A stretch of DNA of 64,000 nt from Syntrophorhabdaceae bacterium (GTDB taxonomy: Bacteria > Desulfobacterota > Syntrophorhabdia > Syntrophorhabdales > Syntrophorhabdaceae): the NCBI GenBank assembly GCA_963666485.2, contig CAXXUO010000009.1:416001-480000 (forward strand), in the 5' to 3' direction. Below, in pieces: positions 50,916-61,291 of this stretch (position 1 is its first letter; each line of letters starts with the position of its first letter). The notes under the pieces were generated by a model, which searched no databases, was not told the DNA's origin, and saw only the letters and a program-made list of their open reading frames with translations. The translations under genes and the position numbers were made by a program.

Positions 50916-53900
50916 TTATAGCATTTTCTTTATTCTTTCCAGGAAAATTGTTTTAGCTGTATCGGATAATCCCTGAAATTTGGCTACGAGACCGTCCACT
51001 TCAAGCTCGTCAAGTCGTTTATCACACGAAGCTGCAGCCGCATGCACTTTCTTGAGATCTTCTTCGCTGAGGAAAGCAGGGGGGTTTTGCAATTTTACAC
51101 GGATTTGGTTCACGCTTACCGCGTCAAGAGTGGAAATGGCCGAGGCTCCCGGCACTGAAGTGTCAATCCACCTGATAGATTGTTCTTTCCGCTGTATTTT
51201 GCACGAATCTAAAAGTTTTTCATAAGTCTCTTCTATATCCCACGGTGGTTCTTCTTCATCGAAAGCATCCTTGGCTTTGGATAAACAATTCGTGAATATA
51301 TCTAGCTGTTGTTCGTCGGTAATTTGGAGAGAACCGAATTCATGGAAATGATCTATCATCATTCGCAAATAGCTATCAATGGTCTTAAAGTCCTCAAGAT
51401 CTTTGTCTTGACCCTCATAAAGATCTCGTAATATTCCAACCTCTCGCAAAATATCACTTATATCATCAATTTTCGAAATATCGCTATTCCATAATTGTTC
51501 TCCGCGTTCTTTGTCTGCATCTAATTGTTTTTGGCATTTATCTCTCAAATCGCGAATTTTTCCTGCAGCGGAATCCAATTGTGGTATCGCGCTAGATGAT
51601 TTATTTGATCTTGCCGATAGAATAGTATCCGATATACGTTTTGCGGTACTCATAATATTATGAAGATCTTTCACTTTAGTAAATTCAGATATTATTTGCG
51701 AATTGACAAAGGCATTGGCTTCATCAACAACGTATTTTATTCGCTGATTTTCATCAATATCGGACCTTATTCGATCAACATGATCTTCTAATTTTTTTCG
51801 TTCTTCCGGCAATCCAAGGGTCGTTAAATTCTGCTGAATGCGTCGCATTTTCTGTTCAAAATCACCCCAAGCTTTGAGATCTATAATAACTTCACCCTTG
51901 ACCCAACTCGGAAAAAATTGCTTGGTTGCATTTTTTGCTTTTTGAAGAAGGTTCTCAACTCGAGAGAAATCTTCGTCCAGCCAAGCATCCTCTTTGTTAT
52001 TCATTCGGTCCAAAATCCTGGCCAACTCTGCCCCGCATCTCGATATATTGCCAGCGTTTTGTTTTTGATAGGCTCTTTCCAGAAACTCATCCTGTTTTTC
52101 AATTTCGTTATCCCAACGTTCGAGCTCATCTTGTGCGTCTTTGGAGCGATTCGCAAGCAACTCGTAGTGATGCAATCTATCGGGAGGGAGAGGTATTCGT
52201 TTTTTAAGCTCATAGGCCTTAAAAATCCAATCAAGTTGTGCGCGATATTTTTTTTCAGAATCCCACGAACTGAGGAGATCATTCCATTCATCCGTAGCCC
52301 CAGTGTCTACGGCCTTTATGGCGGTTGACTCCAAGTAATTCAGTGAAAGATAGTTGCCGGTAAAAGCTCCACTCAACCACTTATCGATAGGTATGATTTC
52401 ACTACCGATCAAAAACCATAATTTATCATGGCGAGGACAAATGAATAGACCAATGAGCATACCGGCTGAAGCTATGTTACAGCCATACGGGGGTAGGCAA
52501 AGCTCACGTGCAAAAGAACCCAGATTTACCGATATTCCCGCCTTCAACTGAGAATCAAGCGTGGCGCATATCTTAGCTACCGAACTGTTGCGAGGCTTCG
52601 TTGTTATCAAGCCATCGGAACCCAATGCTTTCCAACTATTATTTAGAACAGAAACAAGGCGATTCCTCTGCTGGGCATTGCGTGTTGCGATGTAACTTTG
52701 AGTGAGGCTACCCCTAAAAAGTTCCGTTGTGAATACTTGACAATCCTTCGCTGCGCCTCCTTTGGTTTTATGAAAGCCATCAAACGGGAAAGGGATGCAG
52801 GAAGTATATATTCCATTAAAAAGATCGTATAGAGCGTCTCTGATTTTGATTCCGCGCTTCAGTTGCTTATTGCCGGCGAAAAATAAGCCTTCATTCTCCT
52901 GTTTCCTAAAAGTTCCCTGCAATTCTTCTAATGCATTAGGTTGCCTATCCATGATGAAATTTGTAAATCGTTTCATATCTTCATCATTGCCTTTATTGGC
53001 AAGAATCCAATGTTCTGCGATTAATTTACCGAGATTGCCATCTTTATCGTGAAGAAATGCCACTAGCAAAGGGATTTTAGTATCTTCATTGACGCCAAGC
53101 TTTTCGAGGGTTGAGTTCCATAACAGAGTGCTGTTTTCGACAACCCGAGCATAATCGCTATCAGGTCCAACATAACAATAGATGAGTTGTCCTCGGGGAT
53201 CATCCGGTGTGACCGCCTCTCTCCAATTACGGATAGCATATGCAATATGGCCACCAAGCATTTGTATTGTCGAGATTGTAACTGTATATTTCCATTCGGG
53301 TGTTGTAATCTGATTCTTCATCCCGAAATCTGTTTCTACGTGATCAATGGACAGCCAATCCTTAATGTGAGTTGCGAAAAGTTCTCCTCGCTTATCAAGT
53401 GATATTTCACTGATCTTGGCTTCGAGGACATCCAGGAAAGCACGCCTAGGAAGAGCATCGCCGATGATCTCGAACTGATGAATGGAATCATTCCATTCGA
53501 TCACATTATGTTCAGATGTAAGTCTTTTTATCGTTTCTTTTATTTCTTTTGTTTGTCTTGCACTGAGCGAGCCTAGGATTGTTTCCCATTCCTGTTGTGT
53601 TTCGCCACGGCAACTTACTTTGGACGCGAGCAATATTGCTTTAAGAACATCAACATCCTTGCTTTTGAATTCATGAGAATATTTATTTATGACGGTGCCG
53701 TAAGCATGGGCCATCGCGCCCTGCTGCCCGAATCTTTCTGAAGCTATGAATTCATTTATCATATCATCGGTGCATAACGCAGTCGCAGGAAGTGTCCAAT
53801 ATCCATTCGCAACTTCCTTGGCGCGATATTGATCTATCGCTAATGCCAATAAGTACAGCGCTGAACGGTTTTGAAGAGATTTACCTGCAGCGGACAACTT

Positions 53901-55169
53901 ATAGAGAAACCAGGTTGCCATAGGATGCAGAGGCCAACATCCTTCCACTATTATTTTGGAAAAATGCGCTGGTTCTATCCAGAGAGGATATTTTGATGAA
54001 TCCGGGAACCATTGCTTTAAATTATGCATAGTTTGATACTTCTCGGATTCGCTCACGTTTTTCTCTATATATGTTTTCAATAACTTTTCATCTTTCTTCT
54101 GTATTAAGCTTGCAATAAGGGTTTCAAGATTTGTTGAAAGATGAACTCTTGTTGCTGAATCATAGCGTGTGACGTATCTATTGAGACCGTCACGGAACTC
54201 CGGCGCTACCCTCGACATATATGCTTTCAATTCATACTGGATGAAACATAATAGTGAGACTACATCGCTTTCGGCTTGTACGGCCTCGAAAAGTTGCTGC
54301 AATACTCCACTGCCCGCTACATAAGGTTTCTGGACCGCAAACTCCAAGTAGCGCCCAAATTCGTCGAATATGATGAAGATCCCTTTAAATGCCTTATCGG
54401 GGCCGCAGTAGGTCTTACGTAAAACCGACATGAATTCTTGCAATGATTCCTGCCCGACCGATATGATTGGTGTTCCCATTTTGTCTTCAAAAATACGACT
54501 TATTTTCTCAAATACTTCTTCGTCTTGATCTAAAAGCCGTTGAAGCAAAGCTTCTTTGTTAACATCCCGACCAAAGATTTCGGAAAATTCTTTTTCTAAC
54601 GATTCATAAAATGATTCAACGAAGCTCTTAGCCGACTTAAACCGCGGCCGAAGATCTTCCAAGGGTTTGACGTCGAGGTTATGCAATTTCAGGCGTAAGA
54701 AAACCTGCCGAATTATTTCCCGTGACAAGTTAAAATCCTGCATTCCGTTAATGGCGAGAACCAGATAAGGTTGTTCGAGATTCGTCAGTATATGGGAGAC
54801 AAGAGATCCGATTGAACCATCGGCTTGTTTAATATTATCGATAATACACTTAGCCGTATCTCCGTCGGGTTCGCTCAAAAGTTCAGCAATTGTTACCCCT
54901 AAATGAGACTTGCCCGTGCCCCAACCCGAGATCGCGAGCGTAAAGGGGTCGGACGAATTATCCTCTCCCGTTATTCTTGTGAGGATGTCTCTGACAAAAG
55001 TAGCTGTATCTATGTCGGATTCGCCTGCACCATGATAGTCAGGCCCGTGGAAAACAAAATGTTCGGCTGCCTTTTTGCTTTGGGAAGGATCAGTTTCAAA
55101 CCAACTTATCTGGACCGCTCCTTGAAAAAGACGGTCTTTACGGAAAGTAATTAAATCGGCAAGTTTCAT
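50916..55169 (-). CDS. Large P-loop ATPase, SspC/BrxC-like
   Basis: SGWGTGKSHL, IIFDEFGRYLE, CWPLHP, LQNRS; long helical C-terminus; follows a DUF4007-like gene. Confidence 0.7.
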   Translation of the reverse strand: MKLADLITFRKDRLFQGAVQISWFETDPSQSKKAAEHFVFHGPDYHGAGESDIDTATFVRDILTRITGEDNSSDPFTLAISGWGTGKSHLGVTIAELLSEPDGDTAKCIIDNIKQADGSIGSLVSHILTNLEQPYLVLAINGMQDFNLSREIIRQVFLRLKLHNLDVKPLEDLRPRFKSAKSFVESFYESLEKEFSEIFGRDVNKEALLQRLLDQDEEVFEKISRIFEDKMGTPIISVGQESLQEFMSVLRKTYCGPDKAFKGIFIIFDEFGRYLEFAVQKPYVAGSGVLQQLFEAVQAESDVVSLLCFIQYELKAYMSRVAPEFRDGLNRYVTRYDSATRVHLSTNLETLIASLIQKKDEKLLKTYIEKNVSESEKYQTMHNLKQWFPDSSKYPLWIEPAHFSKIIVEGCWPLHPMATWFLYKLSAAGKSLQNRSALYLLALAIDQYRAKEVANGYWTLPATALCTDDMINEFIASERFGQQGAMAHAYGTVINKYSHEFKSKDVDVLKAILLASKVSCRGETQQEWETILGSLSARQTKEIKETIKRLTSEHNVIEWNDSIHQFEIIGDALPRRAFLDVLEAKISEISLDKRGELFATHIKDWLSIDHVETDFGMKNQITTPEWKYTVTISTIQMLGGHIAYAIRNWREAVTPDDPRGQLIYCYVGPDSDYARVVENSTLLWNSTLEKLGVNEDTKIPLLVAFLHDKDGNLGKLIAEHWILANKGNDEDMKRFTNFIMDRQPNALEELQGTFRKQENEGLFFAGNKQLKRGIKIRDALYDLFNGIYTSCIPFPFDGFHKTKGGAAKDCQVFTTELFRGSLTQSYIATRNAQQRNRLVSVLNNSWKALGSDGLITTKPRNSSVAKICATLDSQLKAGISVNLGSFARELCLPPYGCNIASAGMLIGLFICPRHDKLWFLIGSEIIPIDKWLSGAFTGNYLSLNYLESTAIKAVDTGATDEWNDLLSSWDSEKKYRAQLDWIFKAYELKKRIPLPPDRLHHYELLANRSKDAQDELERWDNEIEKQDEFLERAYQKQNAGNISRCGAELARILDRMNNKEDAWLDEDFSRVENLLQKAKNATKQFFPSWVKGEVIIDLKAWGDFEQKMRRIQQNLTTLGLPEERKKLEDHVDRIRSDIDENQRIKYVVDEANAFVNSQIISEFTKVKDLHNIMSTAKRISDTILSARSNKSSSAIPQLDSAAGKIRDLRDKCQKQLDADKERGEQLWNSDISKIDDISDILREVGILRDLYEGQDKDLEDFKTIDSYLRMMIDHFHEFGSLQITDEQQLDIFTNCLSKAKDAFDEEEPPWDIEETYEKLLDSCKIQRKEQSIRWIDTSVPGASAISTLDAVSVNQIRVKLQNPPAFLSEEDLKKVHAAAASCDKRLDELEVDGLVAKFQGLSDTAKTIFLERIKKML

Positions 55170-55188
55170 TGAATCCTCTTATTAATAC

Positions 55189-56004
55189 CTATTTGTAAAT
55201 TTGAGACCAAACTTCTGAAGATGGTTGTAATTTGTGAATGATCCATGGACGCATCTGCCTGTCTATCCTGACCGAGTTGGTCTCTTCAATGAGATTGAGA
55301 ATGGCGTCTGTATCCGATTGAACCCAGGAAGCGGCGTCGAACATTCCGCTAACTGAATTAAGGTCGTATGCAGTAACCTGTATTTGACCGGGAAATTCAT
55401 CTTCGATGATCTGTAAAATATAAGCTGCGTAAACTCTTGCGTAATTCCTGGCAATTGGCGCCTTACCGCTAACAACCTGCTTTTCCAGTTTTTTCAAAGG
55501 ATCTATTTTGCCTAATGCAACATCGTCATGATAAGTTCTTATTAAAGGACCAATCCGATTCCTACCGGGTCCAAAAATGTTCTTGAGATAGTCCTCAAGC
55601 TTGGTCACCGTGAAGGAAGCACCCAATATATCTCTGCCCCTGACAAATGTCTCATACCATGCCGCTGCACCATGCGAAGGATGACATAAACTGAGGTGCG
55701 CGATCCACTGGGTTACCGGTTGACTCAGCAAAGCATCTTCAAGCAACACAATTCGACCAAAATTCGTTAGAACAGGATGTCTGATACCGTTCTTGGATTT
55801 CAAATCATACTGGATTAAGCCCATTCCCCTAGCATAATCTATGATTGCCGGCACCTTGCCATTTGATTTTCCCATCGGGATCCCGGTGGCACCGGCTATG
55901 TCATGGTAGCTTCCTGACAAACCGTTTCCCGCATACTGAAGCAAGCTATTAAGCAGTCGTCTTTCCGGAATAAAAGTTCTATGAAAGTTAATTGGCAATG
56001 ACAT
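55189..56004 (-). CDS. DUF4007-like (SspB-like) protein
   Basis: FHRTF, KVPAIIDYARGMGLI, LTNFGRIVLLEDALL...TQWIAHLSL...AAAWYETF. Confidence 0.68.
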   Translation of the reverse strand: MSLPINFHRTFIPERRLLNSLLQYAGNGLSGSYHDIAGATGIPMGKSNGKVPAIIDYARGMGLIQYDLKSKNGIRHPVLTNFGRIVLLEDALLSQPVTQWIAHLSLCHPSHGAAAWYETFVRGRDILGASFTVTKLEDYLKNIFGPGRNRIGPLIRTYHDDVALGKIDPLKKLEKQVVSGKAPIARNYARVYAAYILQIIEDEFPGQIQVTAYDLNSVSGMFDAASWVQSDTDAILNLIEETNSVRIDRQMRPWIIHKLQPSSEVWSQIYK

Positions 56005-59000
56005 TTAGGTCGCACTCTCCTTACCAATATCTTTGAAACGTGATCTTAAAGATTCGATCTTGATGTGAAATGCTTTCGTCTCGAGCCCCTGCTGAGTGTT
56101 CAGCGAAGGTCCTAGGGAATAACATTCTCCTTTTTTAAGCCTGGAAAGACGTTGTATCCATATTTCAGCTTTTTCATTCGTGGTGTTTTCCAATATTTGG
56201 GCATAACTTCGCAATTCGGTATCCGCGGGCTTAAAGAATAATTTATGACTCGCTTGAAATAATCTGTCTTGTTCATCTTTTTTAAGATTGCTTAGAGTCT
56301 GCGTTGCCACAATGAGGGAGATCCCGAATTTTCTTCCCTCCGTTAGAAATTTACCGAGAGGACTTTCAAGGTCATGATCCAGGTTTTGAATTTCATCGAG
56401 TATTATGATCCTGGGTCTGTCTTTATTGCCCTTACCACGATAATACCAGTATAGATCGATAAGGGTGAATTCCGTGATCAACTTCGATGCATCCTTTAGA
56501 AAACCTGCCAGTTGAAGGATATGACAGCGGGAATTTTGATCCATAAACAAGGTCTCCCAATTATCGCCTTCCTCAGCGCCAAACGGATTCATATCGACAA
56601 AAGGCTGGATCTTGCTTACGACCGTCAAAGAAGATGGATTTTCGTCAACCATTTCTTTGAGTTCTTCGATCAATAAAGGCAAGGTCATTTCATTTCCGTG
56701 CGTTTCTATTCCTCTCTTTATGGCCGTGTAGAGGGCCGATTTTTGCTGGTCGCCAAATTCGTAAACTTCGGAAAAAACCCCGCTAACCCTCTGTGCCGTA
56801 TTAGACGGGTCTTCCGGAAGAAGCATTTCGCCGATCATGTCTTCCTGCCGCCTGAAAGGATTTATGGGTAATGGATCCTTTCGTACAATATGTTGAACAG
56901 GTTTCAACATCTTTCTTGTCTCAGTTTCCAGCTGATTGTCATAAAATCCGTTGGTATAGTCCACTATTAAAGAATTTTGGCCGGCCCGACCGAGTTCACA
57001 TAATAAGGCTTGGATCGCATACGTCTTTCCCATCCCGGACGTGCCAAATATGAGTATATGCCTGTTCGCTAAGTCCTGGTGACCGAATTCCCAGAACACT
57101 TGTCTATTGCCTTGAGCGCCTTGGCCCAGAAAGATCCTCTGGGGCAATTTCGGCTCAATTGTGCCGCGATACTCGGGTTCGCTAACGTCCGGTTTCTTGT
57201 CTGAGATTGATGTCTGTGAATCGTTGTCCGAAGCACTGCCCGTCTCACCTCCCGGTGCTTGTTGTTTCTCTTCGTTGATTTCTATCGAAGGTTTTATTTC
57301 TTTTTCTAGCGTAATACTTGAATAATCAAGGCTTTGTTCACCCAAAGGCAAATAGGTATCAAGGTTGTTCAGGCATAGAGATTTTACGAATTGACGGCCG
57401 GCGGATATCACCCCTGCCATCAGAGTGTTTTCGCCTACTTGAAACTCCCAATCGGCGACCCTGGCTATGTTCGATTGATCGGAGTCAGTCCAAAAGGTAA
57501 CCGCCGCCGCCTTCCATTGAATCGTAAAAAAACCATCGCTCAGCCTCTCAAGGGCATTAATAGCATCTTTAAACTGCGGATACTTCACTCGTCCCTTGCT
57601 CGCTATCAGGCGTTGGAGCTGCAGCCACCAATATCGCTGATCGGGCCTGTCATCAATTCCCTCATTCTTACCTTGACGAGGTTTGAAGCAATCTACCAAA
57701 TGGCTCAGACCACTCTGAAGCTGTTCTCGGGCCTTTTCAAGATGCGTCTCAGATTCCTGGGCGAGTTTGCACTCGAACAGTTGCGATTCGATCCGGAACT
57801 GCCCATCTATTATTGTGGCCTTCAAACGCAATAGATCTGGTCTGTTATTATTTGGTGACGAATCAAACCAATGCCGAAAGGCATCGAGAGAGACAATCTC
57901 GTCACAGAAAGCATCGGCATCCCTTGGAAGCAATTTTCGCAACAAAGCGTACGAGATATAATCTCTGACGTATTGCGACGGCCCCGTGGCCTTAACGAGG
58001 GACAAACCCGCCATATGCAGAGATTCGCTGATGATGCTTGATGCCATATTGTTGCTTGCCTCGTGATCCAAAGGCCCCAGTTTCGACGCTATGTGCGACG
58101 CAATCTTAGACCGGACTTGTGCGATCCTGAAGAAATCCGTCGATATGGTATAGTTATGCTCGCCATGGCTACCGACGCCAGACCCAAATCCGATAATTTC
58201 TCTTTGCCGGATACCATTATGATCTTCTTTTCCTATTAGCCTTTCATCTACGGATGGGTCGATACACACTACCCAGGTGCTTCTTTCGTGCAGTTTGTCG
58301 ACCAGTCTTTTCCAAGGTGCAAAATCGCCTTTTCCCATTACTATGTAATCCTTCTCTGCAACATGCGTCGGCAGCTTCAAGCGTGCCATTACTTGAGAAT
58401 GCAGGGTGCCTAAGACAAATTGGCGATTGCTGATAATCCTTTCGCGTACCCAATCCATACCGCCGCCTACCACTGAGCAACAGGCTTTTTCTAAGACGGG
58501 GAACATTCGGAATTTTCCGCTTGCGTCATACGGCTCAATCTCTTCAAACTTATTTCCCCCCGCCCCTGCACGGACAAAATGGACCAAGAAGGATAGATCA
58601 ACATTAATTTGGGAGATCAGGTTTTCGAACAATGTATGGTCTTTCTGCTGGGTAATGAGGCGGTGAGCAACTGAGATCTTACACCAACTGTAGTAGTCAT
58701 ACTTTGCCGAATACTCTGCACCAATCCACCTTTCACGCCAAGCACTAACCCATTTTGTCATTGCGGTGTCATCCTGAGTTTCGGCAAAGAGGATGAGCGA
58801 AAGAGTGTAAGGTCTATCGCCGCTCCTAATTTTTGCCAGTTCGCGCAAATAGGCATCTATACCTGCTATAACAGGTTGGACAGGCCCCCCGCAGTAGGCA
58901 CTTATGGATAGGCCATCGTCAGCGTGGGCATACAGTGACCGATAGTCTTCCAATACCCTTTGAATAAGTCGAGACTCTCGGGTTTCTTCGAACAAGTCCT

Positions 59001-61290
59001 CATCCGATATATCATCCTCGTCGCCCGTATCATAACGAAGAAGAAGTTTCGTCGACAGGCTGGTATCACCGGAGCTATCTTCACCGACTATATGGAAAAT
59101 TCCGAAACTCTTTACGTTTGTGTCCAAGATCTGGTCTTCGTTGCGGAGCGTACCGTATATTGGCCATTGTATTTTGGCGAGGTCCATGACATCCGTCCAC
59201 CGCCTCTCATTAAATCCTTTTTGGCTAGATACCCATAGCGCTTGTCGTGCCGCAGTTTCGAAACTTTCAGAAAGAAAGGAATGTTGGTGTACGATCATCT
59301 CAAGGAGTGCCGGGTGCAAAGGAGTGATAATTGCTGAAGGCTCGAAGCCCTTCCATATCCACAGGCTTGTCGGGTGATCCTCACGTTCACCCACCATAAA
59401 AAATGCCTTGAACAGCAGGGCGCCCAATCGGCTCGTTTTACACTCGGGATCCACCAGAAATGCTTTGTACGTCTTCCGATAGGCTGCATCCAGTGGACCG
59501 AACTTATTATTTAGCGCCGAAAAGAGGCCTTCTTCATGGGCTTCCTTAATGAAGTGTCCGTAGGCATAAGCAAGTTCCATCAAATGAGAGTATGTCTTGT
59601 CGTGCGTGTCTATGCCGTCGGCGCCAAGAAGATGCACGATATTTTTCGATTCGCTCTCCAAAGCCTGCACCAATATTCGATTTACTTCATCATCATCTTT
59701 TGCCAATGAGAGCTCTTCGCTGTAAGGAATGCAGAAGACGGGCAAGGCATTAATGCGCTTTGAAAGCGCATGTTCATATGCCCAAGAAAACATGGAAGCC
59801 ATATTACGGTATGGATGGTTCTTGGGAATAGGCCAAACGAATTTTCTTGTGACGCCCTTGTTGGGTCCTAAAATAGACACCGTAAATTCCAAAAGGGGTT
59901 CGGCTCTAATAGACCGATTATAAGCCAGATCACCATCCTCCATAGAAGGGCACAGGGAGCAACTGATTCCTATGGTATCCTCAGGTGTTTCTCTGGGATT
60001 AGGTGCGAACGCAAGGTGTTCTTCAATATAATTATCGAGACCTCCGATCAGCTGTCTTAAAAGTTGGTGTGCGATATCCGGGTCATTTTCTTCGCAGTCA
60101 TGCCGAAACAAGTTCCCTTGGATCCTGATCTCTTTGATTGCTTCGCCTGCAATTATCCCCTGTTCTTGCGTCCACCTTTTATATTCAGCCAAAGTTATCC
60201 AGACCGATCGCAGAACAACTTCAAGGGGCATCCCTGTTAACTTTCTTGTCTTTATTTCCCTGCTTTTTTCCTTTCTTTTCCTAAACCCAAGAATCTCGTC
60301 CAAAATGTAGGGAAAATCTGAATACATCAAATTTGCTTGTGCATTCGAATCCTTTTTCTCGATGTAACGCTTCAGATCTTCAATCAATTCTTGAATCGTC
60401 TTATAGTGACCACCTAAATCATCGAGATCTACCTCTTCCGCCTTCCCGGTCTCTATTAAGTGCTGCAAATATTGATCAATTTTTTGAATCGCTTTCTTTC
60501 GGCCTTGTTTATCAAGAAAACTTCCATAGTTAAAAAATTCCACGGCGGACTTAATATAGTGGCGAATTCGAACTTTTCTTTTAGCCGACATCAATCCCTT
60601 CATAGAGGGAAGTCTAAAGTACCCCAAACTTTCTACGATAACCCTCATGGCATCCCTGCCATCCTGGGCATGCGAAAGGTCGATGCTTTCCAAAAAAATG
60701 CTTATCCGGATAATATCGGCAAGACTCGTGTCGACGAGTGACTTGAGTATCTCGTCTATAAAAGCAATGTGATCACTTTCCGCTTCGACAGAAGCCTCCT
60801 TGAGCCTTCGTCTTATCCAGGGTGAGAACGTGCCTTGAAGCCACTGCTCCCATAATGTTTGGTAATCAAGCCGATAGAAGTCATAGAGACTTGCTTGGTC
60901 GGGTACCTGATCGGATCCGATCAATACGGTAACCAGGACATCTTCCGTTTGGGGATTTCTTTTTTCGTTTCTCGAAGCTGTAAGATGATTTTCTGCATCA
61001 TACCACCCGCGCTGCTCAATCTCCTTGAACAGGGCCGACTCTTCCGGATCGTTGCTTGCTCTCCATAGTTGGCCCAACCTGTATGCCGTTTTTATGATTA
61101 ACTTGATCCGACAATCCGGCTTTTTGGTATCGCGGTATTCCTCCAATGCCTCACCAATTGCGAGGACGATCCTTGCTGGGGCAGAAGGCAATACGACTCT
61201 GAGCTCCCTTGCGTCAGTTGACGGGGTCTTCAACATATTCTTGATTTGTTCTAGGATTGCATCTATTACCGAAGAGGAGTAGAAGATCAT
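56005..61290 (-). CDS. DndH/SspH-like protein with a C-terminal HerA/FtsK-type ATPase
   Basis: 1761 aa; HILIFGTSGMGKT, ILDEIQN, EGRKFGISLIVATQ; internal PDLL...ECK nuclease-like motif; TPLHP. Confidence 0.75.
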   Translation of the reverse strand: MIFYSSSVIDAILEQIKNMLKTPSTDARELRVVLPSAPARIVLAIGEALEEYRDTKKPDCRIKLIIKTAYRLGQLWRASNDPEESALFKEIEQRGWYDAENHLTASRNEKRNPQTEDVLVTVLIGSDQVPDQASLYDFYRLDYQTLWEQWLQGTFSPWIRRRLKEASVEAESDHIAFIDEILKSLVDTSLADIIRISIFLESIDLSHAQDGRDAMRVIVESLGYFRLPSMKGLMSAKRKVRIRHYIKSAVEFFNYGSFLDKQGRKKAIQKIDQYLQHLIETGKAEEVDLDDLGGHYKTIQELIEDLKRYIEKKDSNAQANLMYSDFPYILDEILGFRKRKEKSREIKTRKLTGMPLEVVLRSVWITLAEYKRWTQEQGIIAGEAIKEIRIQGNLFRHDCEENDPDIAHQLLRQLIGGLDNYIEEHLAFAPNPRETPEDTIGISCSLCPSMEDGDLAYNRSIRAEPLLEFTVSILGPNKGVTRKFVWPIPKNHPYRNMASMFSWAYEHALSKRINALPVFCIPYSEELSLAKDDDEVNRILVQALESESKNIVHLLGADGIDTHDKTYSHLMELAYAYGHFIKEAHEEGLFSALNNKFGPLDAAYRKTYKAFLVDPECKTSRLGALLFKAFFMVGEREDHPTSLWIWKGFEPSAIITPLHPALLEMIVHQHSFLSESFETAARQALWVSSQKGFNERRWTDVMDLAKIQWPIYGTLRNEDQILDTNVKSFGIFHIVGEDSSGDTSLSTKLLLRYDTGDEDDISDEDLFEETRESRLIQRVLEDYRSLYAHADDGLSISAYCGGPVQPVIAGIDAYLRELAKIRSGDRPYTLSLILFAETQDDTAMTKWVSAWRERWIGAEYSAKYDYYSWCKISVAHRLITQQKDHTLFENLISQINVDLSFLVHFVRAGAGGNKFEEIEPYDASGKFRMFPVLEKACCSVVGGGMDWVRERIISNRQFVLGTLHSQVMARLKLPTHVAEKDYIVMGKGDFAPWKRLVDKLHERSTWVVCIDPSVDERLIGKEDHNGIRQREIIGFGSGVGSHGEHNYTISTDFFRIAQVRSKIASHIASKLGPLDHEASNNMASSIISESLHMAGLSLVKATGPSQYVRDYISYALLRKLLPRDADAFCDEIVSLDAFRHWFDSSPNNNRPDLLRLKATIIDGQFRIESQLFECKLAQESETHLEKAREQLQSGLSHLVDCFKPRQGKNEGIDDRPDQRYWWLQLQRLIASKGRVKYPQFKDAINALERLSDGFFTIQWKAAAVTFWTDSDQSNIARVADWEFQVGENTLMAGVISAGRQFVKSLCLNNLDTYLPLGEQSLDYSSITLEKEIKPSIEINEEKQQAPGGETGSASDNDSQTSISDKKPDVSEPEYRGTIEPKLPQRIFLGQGAQGNRQVFWEFGHQDLANRHILIFGTSGMGKTYAIQALLCELGRAGQNSLIVDYTNGFYDNQLETETRKMLKPVQHIVRKDPLPINPFRRQEDMIGEMLLPEDPSNTAQRVSGVFSEVYEFGDQQKSALYTAIKRGIETHGNEMTLPLLIEELKEMVDENPSSLTVVSKIQPFVDMNPFGAEEGDNWETLFMDQNSRCHILQLAGFLKDASKLITEFTLIDLYWYYRGKGNKDRPRIIILDEIQNLDHDLESPLGKFLTEGRKFGISLIVATQTLSNLKKDEQDRLFQASHKLFFKPADTELRSYAQILENTTNEKAEIWIQRLSRLKKGECYSLGPSLNTQQGLETKAFHIKIESLRSRFKDIGKESAT

Positions 61291-61291
61291 A